Below, one piece after another: positions 49,968-59,000 of a stretch of DNA of 64,000 nucleotides. Each line of letters begins with the position of its first letter. The first letter of the stretch is position 1. This DNA is from Verrucomicrobiota bacterium (GTDB lineage Bacteria > Verrucomicrobiota > Verrucomicrobiia > Opitutales > Coraliomargaritaceae): contig JBCBZJ010000017.1 of the NCBI GenBank assembly GCA_039815375.1, positions 9,425 to 73,424 on the forward strand. The letters are read 5' to 3'. The position numbers and the translations under genes were made by a program. The notes below the pieces were generated by a model, which did no database searches, was not told the DNA's origin, and worked only from the letters and a program-made list of their open reading frames with translations.

Positions 49968-50330
49968 TCAGAATCGCACAACCAATTCATTGATTGCTTC
50001 GCAGTGATCCAAGCGCTGGATTTTATTCAGGATTTCACGTTTCCTGAACTGGAGCTCAGAGCGGAGCGTTTGATTTGTCACCGAAATGATAAGTGTTTGG
50101 CCATTTTTGATGCGAACCGGATTGCAGCGTCCAGCAATGTTTCCGAATACCTCGCCCCAGTTCTCGACCAAGCTTCGTTCCGGGCTTGGTTCTTCGAGCT
50201 TATATTGCCCCTGAAGAACAACCAGAAGATTGTCCAAAGGCACCGGATCCTTCCTCGAAGAAGAGGTGACGGTTCGAGGCAGTTCTCGAAAGTCGGCAAT
50301 AACATCCTCTACATTCTTCGAAAATTTCAT
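49968..50330 (-). CDS. DUF721/DciA family protein
   Basis: W..V.G.IA....P..I.....L.I.V.N...RSELQF....IL.KI pattern. Confidence 0.75.
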   Translation of the reverse strand: MKFSKNVEDVIADFRELPRTVTSSSRKDPVPLDNLLVVLQGQYKLEEPSPERSLVENWGEVFGNIAGRCNPVRIKNGQTLIISVTNQTLRSELQFRKREILNKIQRLDHCEAINELVVRF

Positions 50331-50431
50331 TTTTGACCAGAAGTAGGGGGTTCATCCGAGTCTGTCGCTAAATTAAAGGCTAGCCGGGTAAAATAATACT
50401 TAATCTGGTCAATTTTGAACCAGCGATTGGA

Positions 50432-50449
50432 TTGGCACGGCACCTGTTA
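50432..50449 (+). promoter_or_regulatory. sigma54-like -24/-12 promoter (non-canonical -12 GT)
   Basis: TTGGCACG-GCAC-CTGTTA; GG at 50434-50435, GT instead of GC at 50446-50447. Confidence 0.45.
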
Positions 50450-50472
50450 TACTACTTATTATAGTATAAATC

Positions 50473-50565
<93 letters not shown>

Positions 50566-50682
50566 AAATACAATACATAAGAGAATCTTATTCTAAGTAT
50601 AAGTAAAAGTAGATAGTGTAGTTGGTTGAGACTCTGTGCTTGCGGATAAAGATTTTTTACCTTTCTGTCTTATTCATCAACA

Positions 50683-50771
<89 letters not shown>

Positions 50772-51645
50772 TGCAGGTGTGAAGACTTCGTCCGTATCAA
50801 GTTTTTGAACGAATGTAGCGTGCGATGATAGTCGATAGATGTCCTATACTGACGGGGAGCGTCGTGATTAGGATACCCCGGAACTGGGTTTGGAGGCTAC
50901 GAAGGGCGGATTTGGAAATCTGGAACGGTAGCCTCGACTCTCGGAGTCGGGGAACGTTGGTTTGGCGCGCGAATCCCGAAACAGAGTTTCGAGGTTACAA
51001 AAAAATCGGGAATTGTCGCCTTGGCTCTAAGCGTGTGTCTAATAAATTGCTCAAAGCGTTACTTTACTTCTCATGTGTCTCGAAATCGCAGTCAGCGAAG
51101 CGGATGTAATAAATGAAGATGGCGTAGCAAATCGCCATCCAAATCGATCGCGACCTCGATTTGGATATCGACTTCGTCCACTTTGCCTTCGGAGGTTAAC
51201 CGTAACTGGATTTTATTGAACGTCCTTTTAGGCGAAAAGCCCACATCGCTGCCCATCAGAGCTGTAGTCAGGTATGATGATACGTTTCTTCGCTCTTCGG
51301 TTGCCGAGCACACTTCTCAGCCTATGGCATCATCCGGATTCAATGTGCCGCTGCAGTGTTTGGTCGGCGTTATGTTTTTCACTACTTGAATTCTTTGGTT
51401 GGAATCCGGTAGCAACCATCTGATTGAGCCGATTTTAACTACAGCTTTAAACTGCATCATGTGGGTTGGCTGTGTACTATTTTGACTAATCACTTGGGCA
51501 GAAATTTAGTGTAGCATCATCCATATCGAACTAAAAAAAGCCTGAAGTATACTTCCTGAAGTCTTGGTGCGTTTTCACGATATAGTCAAAATCGCTCATT
51601 TTCCTTACGGTAATAGTAGTCCTTAAAAACCATTCAGCGTTAGGC

Positions 51646-51668
51646 ATGAGAATTTAATCAATTCTCAT
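51646..51668. promoter_or_regulatory. Perfect inverted repeat, candidate activator/repressor site
   Basis: ATGAGAATT-TAATC-AATTCTCAT, about 100 bp upstream of the -24 element. Confidence 0.45.
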
Positions 51669-51764
51669 ATTTAATTTTTCTTTGCCTTGGATTTCCGTTG
51701 CTAGCGCAGAGTGCGGGTCATTTTAGGATACAGATATCTGTTGCACCCATGTGTCGAAAGTCTG

Positions 51765-51782
51765 TTGGCATGCATATCGCTA
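51765..51782 (+). promoter_or_regulatory. sigma54 -24/-12 promoter of the viperin operon
   Basis: TTGGCATG-CATA-TCGCTA: GG (51767-51768), N10, GC (51779-51780); about 105 bp before the viperin ATG. Confidence 0.6.
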
Positions 51783-51886
51783 AGATTATGTATGACTTTT
51801 TCAACTAGCAGTTATTCCGTGTAATCTGCTCTTCTGATTCGGAACCGTTACTAAAAAAATTCCCAATCATTACTACATACACACCG

Positions 51887-52822
51887 ATGCCCATATCTTC
51901 AGCAGAGAAAAATCCAACGACTAGTAAAGTTCTAGCATCGGCGAAAAGTGGGAAGTCATCGATTGTATCCAGTAATTGGATATCGGTGAACTGGCATATT
52001 ACGGAAGTTTGTAATTACCGTTGCCGTTTCTGTTTCGCGACTTTTGCCAATGCGCCGAAGGCAAGCCGTATTGGCGAAGAAGAAGGTTGGGCAATTATTG
52101 ACCGGCTCAAGGAGCTCGGTTGCCAAAAGCTGACTTTCGCCGGCGGGGAGCCACTCCTGCATCCGCATTTACATAGCTGGATCTGTCACGCCAAGAGCGT
52201 GGGCTTAACGACGATGCTCATCACAAACGGTCATTTCTGGAAGGAAGACACGGCAGACCGGTTCGCTGGCCGGTTGGATTGGGTCGGCCTGAGCGTAGAT
52301 GCATCCACACAAACACTCCAAAGTAGTCTGGGTCGGGGAAACTATGATCCGCTCACCCGTGCGGAATTCGTCAGCCGGACGGCCAAGACTAATGGGATAC
52401 GTTTCAAGCTAAACACCGTAGTGACCGCTTTAAATAAGGAAGACGATATGTCTCCTATTGTTGAAGCGTCCATGCCGGAGCGCTGGAAGATTTTTCAATA
52501 CCTGCCTGTTGAGGGTGAGCGGGTGGATCCTGAGCTTATTCTATCCGAGGCAGATTTTGCATTCTATGTTCAGCGTCATCGATACCTTGAAGAAATCGGC
52601 GTCTCCGTCGTGCCTGAGGACAATGACGCGATGACCGGATCTTACCGCATGTTGGACCCGTGGGGGCAGCCCTATGATAATCGCGAAACTGGCAGTGCTG
52701 GTAAGGCAGCCTATGGCAAACGAACTTACGGCGAGTCGTTACTCGATTCTTTGCCGGAGGAGAAAGAGCTCAACTTTAGTCTGGAGAAGCTACAGAAGCG
52801 CCGCGGCCTCTATCAGTGGTAG
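51887..52822 (+). CDS. Prokaryotic viperin (antiviral radical SAM, ddhNTP synthase family)
   Basis: SVNWHITEVCNYRCRFCF (N-aromatic-H-x4-CxxxCxxC-F), KLTFAGGEP, ITNG, LSVD, LGRG, FKLNTVV, RWKIFQ.L, PEDNDAM.GSY.MLDP.G, terminal KRRGLYQW. Confidence 0.92.
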   Translation: MPISSAEKNPTTSKVLASAKSGKSSIVSSNWISVNWHITEVCNYRCRFCFATFANAPKASRIGEEEGWAIIDRLKELGCQKLTFAGGEPLLHPHLHSWICHAKSVGLTTMLITNGHFWKEDTADRFAGRLDWVGLSVDASTQTLQSSLGRGNYDPLTRAEFVSRTAKTNGIRFKLNTVVTALNKEDDMSPIVEASMPERWKIFQYLPVEGERVDPELILSEADFAFYVQRHRYLEEIGVSVVPEDNDAMTGSYRMLDPWGQPYDNRETGSAGKAAYGKRTYGESLLDSLPEEKELNFSLEKLQKRRGLYQW

Positions 52823-52846
52823 AAAGTATTTATTTTATAAAAGCAT

Positions 52847-54007
52847 ATGAAAATCATCCAAAAGTTCACAATCGCAGCTTTTTGCCTCTCTTCGGTTTCG
52901 GCTGTTTTCGGTCAACGAAGTATGACGGTGACGACCGATGCAAATTCGGCAGCGTTATTTCGTTTATCAGGAAACCATCCTGTCGTTGAATTTGTCGAAG
53001 TCGATCCGGCAGCCGTCATTGAAATTACCGGAGTTGTGAACGGGTCCCCAATACGCCGTTTTGTCGATAATGATGCTACCCTTGCTTCGGGTAATTACTA
53101 CATCGAGTTCTTTACCATGGCGAAGTTGAATAACGGGGAGCTGCCTTTGCAGGTCTATTCTTCCCCGGTTGAGCTCACGTTGACCGCTCTGGAGGATAAG
53201 CCAAACCTCTTCCCGGATGATGACCTGTTCAACATAAGTTCTGAAGAAGAACGTGTGTTGGCTGTAGACCGTATCGCTGAGACCTACCTTGCTGATTCGG
53301 CTGCTCAGCAGATTGCAAAAGAGGCTGCTCGGGTGCCGCTTAGTTATCTAAAGGGCGAAGGCTTTGAGAAAAATGCCGATGGGACATCGCCTTACTTTCA
53401 TGAACTGATGTCGATCACGGCGGGACACCCTCAGTCCTACAAACTGAAGCCACGACTCAAGGTGATCGCTAAGCAGGTTGCCGAGGATACGTCTTCCAAG
53501 GAGCTGGAGATCGAAGCTTCTGTAGAGCTTCAAAAGGGGGCGCAGAAGCTACCGATTACGATTATGGGTAAGAATCAAACGCGGGATCTTGGCATTCCCT
53601 ATGCGAAGTTGCGGGATCTTGTTCAGGACATTGTCGCGCCACGCCTCTTTAACACGGGTAATGCGTATCCAGACCCAAATATGGATATTTACCGTTCGTT
53701 CCGTCTCCCTGGAGACACGCGCAAGGCAATCAGCCTAAATGATCTGGCGAAGGCAGTGGTTCGCAAGCTGAAGGTCAATGGAGTTAAAGCAGAAGATGTC
53801 TCCATCGAGGTGATCGCCTACAATGGCTACACGTGGAACTTCCGGTTCATTGATCCCGAGGTCTTCCTCATCGTGCCGAAGGTGCAGGTTGAGGACCCGC
53901 TGTTCTTAGCATGCACCAACAATGTCGATGCCGAAGGTGCCCCACTTAAAGATATTCCATTAGGCGTTTTCGGTGTGAAGTCCATTAACCTCATTTACAT
54001 CAAATGA
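52847..54007 (+). CDS. Secreted hypothetical protein (no recognisable domain)
   Basis: 386 aa ORF, signal peptide ending VFG/Q; 24 bp after viperin; ATGA overlap with the next gene. Confidence 0.8.
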   Translation: MKIIQKFTIAAFCLSSVSAVFGQRSMTVTTDANSAALFRLSGNHPVVEFVEVDPAAVIEITGVVNGSPIRRFVDNDATLASGNYYIEFFTMAKLNNGELPLQVYSSPVELTLTALEDKPNLFPDDDLFNISSEEERVLAVDRIAETYLADSAAQQIAKEAARVPLSYLKGEGFEKNADGTSPYFHELMSITAGHPQSYKLKPRLKVIAKQVAEDTSSKELEIEASVELQKGAQKLPITIMGKNQTRDLGIPYAKLRDLVQDIVAPRLFNTGNAYPDPNMDIYRSFRLPGDTRKAISLNDLAKAVVRKLKVNGVKAEDVSIEVIAYNGYTWNFRFIDPEVFLIVPKVQVEDPLFLACTNNVDAEGAPLKDIPLGVFGVKSINLIYIK

Positions 54008-56031
54008 TCGATTTGAAGCGTAGCGTTCAGTTGCTCTTATTCGGGGCAATGTCTATAGGCTGGGCTGTTGGCAGCACGGTCACAACCGTTCGTAGCAGCA
54101 CTTATGATGACGGGAGTGGCTCAACAAGCACCAACATGCTCAACTGGGTGAATACAAGTTATGGCACGTCACACACAACCCTGTCTGATGCGCTGAAAGA
54201 TGCTTTTATGACGGATAAGGGTGCTGCGTTGGGAACCTATCCAAATGCCTACAGCCATTCCAATACAACGATCAGTGCGACAAACTGGACACAGACTGAA
54301 TATCCAACCGGCACACACCCGACGAATCCTTATCTGACTGGTGAGACCGTTGTAAGCGAAGCTTTCTGGGGCGAAGCAAAGGATAGTGGCGGTAGCACTG
54401 CCGGCGGCGGTTTGCTTATTGGCATTTACACCCGTGTGGTTCAGGTCGGTGGAGGTTGTGGAGGTACCACTTATGAGACACGGACCTATAGCTATGTTGA
54501 ACGGGCTGATTTTAACAACTTCGATCTGGATATCGACGACTTACCGGATGAGTGGGAGGCGCAATACGGTCTGAATTACGATAGCTCCACGGGGGTAGAC
54601 GGGAAGTCCGGAGACTTTGATGGGGATAGCTTAAACAACTATACCGAGTACGTGATCAGCACCGACCCCAGTGTCGCTGGATCGACCACCGATACGAACA
54701 GCAATGGCTACAATGACAATTGGGAGGTCCAGTACTTTGGTGGATTAAATGCAAGCTATCCCAGCGATGGGGATGGCGACGGCCTGCTTATTGGAACCGA
54801 GTATGCGATCGGGACAGATCCTACGGTCGCGGATCCATCGACCGATACGGATTCGGACTCTCTGGAGGATAATTGGGAGATTCAGTATTTTGGCGATCTG
54901 GATGAGATCGGCACCGGTAACCCGGATAGCGATACCTACGACAACGAAACAGAGGAGACGAACGGCACAGATCCTACCGTATATGATGCTCCAGATCCCG
55001 ATACTGACAACGATAACCTAGCGGACGCATGGGAAATGCTTCATTTTGGTGATTTGGACGAGATCGGTACGGGTAATCCGGATGGTGATTCCTACGACAA
55101 TGAGACTGAGGAAACCAATGGAACGGACCCTCTCGTGTTTGATTCTACTAATCCTGACTCAGATAACGACGGCCTTTTGGATGCATGGGAGATTCAATAT
55201 TTTGGTGGCCTATCTGAAACGCCAACGGGTAATCCTGATAATGATCTTTACGATAATCAGACAGAACATGCTAACCAGACGGACCCTTCACAGTATGATC
55301 CGCCTCCGTTAAGTAGTCTGCCCGAGTTGGTGACGACTGTACGCAGCAGCATGTACGATGACGGAAGCGGCTCGACGACGACAAACCTGCTGAACTGGGT
55401 GAATACCCGCTACGGTACGTCTTACACGGTATTGGAAGAGGCGCTGAAGTTTGCATTCATGCTCGATAAGGGTGCATCGCTGGATCCGTATCCAAACGTG
55501 TATGCTTCGACCGATACAGTGATTACTTCCACTGATTGGAATCAGACGAATTATCCAACAGCTACACATCCCGCGAATCCTTATCTGGTCGGCGAGACTG
55601 TTGTCAGCGAAGCCTTCTGGGGTGAAGCAAAGGACGGTGCCGGAAATGTAGCGGGCGGTGGCCTGCTTATTGGGCTCTATACCGAGACGATTCTTGCAGG
55701 TGGTGGTTGCAACGGCCCAATCTATCAGACGAGGACCTACAGCTATGTTGAGAGAAGCGATTTCAACAATTTCGATCTGGATGGAGACGATTTGCCGGAT
55801 GAATGGGAAAGCCAGCACGGTCTATCCATAAATGACTCTAGTGGAGCAGGGGGCAAATACGGTGACTATGACCAGGATGGTATTGCAAACTACTTCGAGT
55901 ACATACTCGGGCTGTTGCCATCTATTGCGGATGACTACGCGACGTATGAGCATGCGATCTCCATTTTAAGTCCGAATCTGTTTATCGAGATTCTGACTCC
56001 GGCACCTTCAGAAATAATTTTGCTACCGTAA
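54004..56031 (+). CDS. Secreted protein with a duplicated unknown domain and thrombospondin type 3-like Ca-binding repeats
   Basis: Signal peptide; about 190 aa segment duplicated at 1251 nt offset; DxDxDxLxDxWExxYFG...DxDxYDNxxE...GTDP repeats. Confidence 0.85.
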   Translation: MIDLKRSVQLLLFGAMSIGWAVGSTVTTVRSSTYDDGSGSTSTNMLNWVNTSYGTSHTTLSDALKDAFMTDKGAALGTYPNAYSHSNTTISATNWTQTEYPTGTHPTNPYLTGETVVSEAFWGEAKDSGGSTAGGGLLIGIYTRVVQVGGGCGGTTYETRTYSYVERADFNNFDLDIDDLPDEWEAQYGLNYDSSTGVDGKSGDFDGDSLNNYTEYVISTDPSVAGSTTDTNSNGYNDNWEVQYFGGLNASYPSDGDGDGLLIGTEYAIGTDPTVADPSTDTDSDSLEDNWEIQYFGDLDEIGTGNPDSDTYDNETEETNGTDPTVYDAPDPDTDNDNLADAWEMLHFGDLDEIGTGNPDGDSYDNETEETNGTDPLVFDSTNPDSDNDGLLDAWEIQYFGGLSETPTGNPDNDLYDNQTEHANQTDPSQYDPPPLSSLPELVTTVRSSMYDDGSGSTTTNLLNWVNTRYGTSYTVLEEALKFAFMLDKGASLDPYPNVYASTDTVITSTDWNQTNYPTATHPANPYLVGETVVSEAFWGEAKDGAGNVAGGGLLIGLYTETILAGGGCNGPIYQTRTYSYVERSDFNNFDLDGDDLPDEWESQHGLSINDSSGAGGKYGDYDQDGIANYFEYILGLLPSIADDYATYEHAISILSPNLFIEILTPAPSEIILLP

Positions 56032-56039
56032 TTTTTAGA

Positions 56040-59000
56040 ATGCGAAAAGTATCCAATATCTTCTTATCCCTTGGCTGTAGCGCGGCCAGCTTGTGTGCCA
56101 TGCCGACGGTTGGCGATATCGACATCTATTCTGTCGATCAGTCACTTCTTCTGGGCGACACGGATATCGTGATGCACGGCACCGACATTCGTTTGGAGGT
56201 CAGTGCCACACCGGCTGCTGGCGAAACCATTGAGCGGGTCGAATTTTTTCGTTATGGAAGTTTTATCGGGGAAGGTGCTTTAGATACAAATGGCAATTGG
56301 TATCTTATAACCGAAGCAACTGCCCATACGTTTTCCCCATCGGACGAGCCATCGACTGTATTGATTGATGAGGATAAACTTAATGGTAGCTTCGAGGATT
56401 GGACAGGGACGATGCCTGATAACTGGCTTCGAGGAAATGGGGGTTACAATTCTCAATACGGATATATTCCACTGTTGCCTGTGACTAAGGTAACTACGGA
56501 TGCGCACACTGGTAATAATTCTGTCAAGATTACAGGTGTGCAGGATGCAACCTCTCCTGATGGAAACTATAACATGAAGAATTGGAGTAATGTCTGGTTG
56601 CTTAATTACATAGGCATGCAAACAGGCTCAAAATATAAGGTCGAATTTTACGCCAAACGTCTGAATGGCCTTGCCACTGACAGATTGCAGGTTGGTAAAG
56701 GCTATGGGCCTACATTTCATGATGATCTGGTCTATACGGAGACCGATGGGAGCTGGAAACATTACGAATTACACCCTGTTGAACCTTCTGCAGTCGGTAG
56801 CACTTACGGTCGTTTAGTCTTTACGTCGAGAAAAGGCGGTACGGAATGGCTGATTGACTCAGTTAAAGTGACTCTAACTCAGGATGTTCAGGACATCTAT
56901 TACGCGCGAGTCGTAGAGGATTCGGGAGATGTCGCGACTTCTGATTACGCTGGTGTGAAGACGCTTCCTTTTTCTGCATCGATTAACTTCCAAGCAGATA
57001 CTGCGAGTGTCCCTGATGGCTATGCTGCCGATTTTGGAGCGTTCTATGGAATTCAGGCAAACGGTCTCTCCTACGGGTGGCTCTATGAAGCCAATAACCA
57101 ACTGGTTGATGCTCCCCTTGCATCGGAGCCGATTCAAGAGCACAGTATCGGTTTCACTGTCGAAGATCAGATCATCAATCAGTGGGAGCTGGAGGTTCCT
57201 CCGGGTGAGTATCTTGTGACGATTCACTTCCCTGACAGCCAAAGTATTCCAGGCAGTGGCTATCGTTACTCACTCATGGTCGAGGATCAGGCTGCGATTA
57301 ACGGCTTTATTGAGGCAGGTGCTCCTATGGACTCTGCTATACAACGAGTGATTGTTACAGATGGTCGTTTGACGCTAAGCGCTGATGCGGCCAGTGATGC
57401 CAACTTGATTTCTGCTGTGGATATTATCCAGTTAAGTGCAAGTAGTGATAAATCGATATTCCGAAGAGGCCATAATACTACGAATGACTTCAAAAGTTCG
57501 GTTATCTCTCTGGATGGTCAACCAGGTTTACGTACCGTAGATTTGGATTTAATCGGCGATCAATCAGCGTTAAGGATGCATTATAGCGCATCTTCTAACG
57601 AGTACACGATTTATGCAGCTGACCCGGTCGTATCCTATGGAGCGGAGGGTGGGCCCTCGGAATTGCTTGCAGATATAAGCTACGATTTCGGGGTTTCTGC
57701 CGGTGATGTGTCTGCGTCTTTTAATGGCTACTTGCCTGAGGATGTGGCGTCACAGTCGAGTGCGGCTGTCCAAGCGCTGAAAGGTTTCTATTTGGTGGTT
57801 AAGAATCGCACAGATGGTAGCTTTATTGAGCGTATCCCTTTGGACTTACCGGATGTTGATTCTGCGGACTGGGTTACGTTGCTTACGAATGGCTCATGCA
57901 AAAAATTCACCAACAGCACATATGGTCTGACCACTTGGATTCGGCCGATGACGAGTAGCGAGTGGAACTATCAGGGCGCACCTGATTACATTGAGGACCT
58001 AAACTACACTTTCACTCACATGGCAGATGCAAATAGCGCCAACTATTTGTTCGTCATTGAAGCGGCTTCCAGCTTTCACGGGGAACCCGCCGTGCGTTAT
58101 GCCGGTGGGAATTACGATGGTCAGGCTACCTTAAACACTTTGTATGAATTTAGCTTTGACCGCGGGCAGCCATGGCGAATGCAGAATTTTACTTTGGCAC
58201 ATCGGGGCGAGCTGGCCCCGAGTGCATATCAGGGAACTGACCCGCGTGCCTTGTCGATGACTGAAGAGGCATTTTCCAGTGTAGAATATCATTTCCTCAA
58301 TGCTGCGGGCGGCAGTATTGGGCCTGCTCTTGATATGAATCTACAGTCTGATGTGGATACTTTTGAGTCTACTTTTTCCACGGTCGATCATGCCCCGGAG
58401 TTTCGAAGCCATCCCGTATTGGATCAATTGCTCTTGGATTACGGCAGCGATCCTCTGGCGCTTGCCCGTTATGTTTTCAATGAAATCGAAGTGATTGATT
58501 ACGTCGGCATGCATCCCGGCCTGTCGACCTCGAATATACCGGTAGAAGTCACGTTGGGCGGCTTGCGGCGTGATGCTCTGGCAGTTTTACAGGAGGGCGC
58601 CGGCAGCCCCCGTGAAATCTGCATCCTCCTGACCTACCTGCTTCGCGCTTCCGGTGTGCCGGCTGCGATCGCTGAGCCTTCGGACGGTCATGTTTACCTA
58701 TTGGATACAGACTACAGCCGACTAATCGGGCAGAACATTGCCGGCACCGCGCTTACGCCGGAAAAAATACCTTTGGAATACCCTTGGGTGGTAGCCTACA
58801 TCGAAGGCGAAGCAGAGCCCTTCAAGCACCTGTTCCCATGGATTAAGGAAACCGAGCTCACCGAGGGACATGACCTATATGACCTGCTTCCGGAGCGATT
58901 TGATAATGGCTTCAAGTATTTTGATAAATACATCCGTGCGGACGATGAGGTCATGCGGATTGGTAGTGATGGCCTCGTGGACCCGTTGGTCCGTGGTTAT

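Noticed and set aside
50622..50640. Second sigma54 promoter before ncRNA unit 2
   Set aside because: TTGGTTGA...CTGT lacks the GGCA core; too weak to call.
50825..51109. 94 aa plus-strand ORF
   Set aside because: No motifs, atypical composition, overlaps the hairpin-rich region.
51092..51382. Small minus-strand ORF (73 aa), extendable upstream through one TGA
   Set aside because: No recognisable homology or RBS; cannot support a gene or pseudogene call.
51887..52822. MoaA or generic radical SAM annotation
   Set aside because: No C-terminal auxiliary-cluster cysteines; viperin-specific motifs are present throughout.
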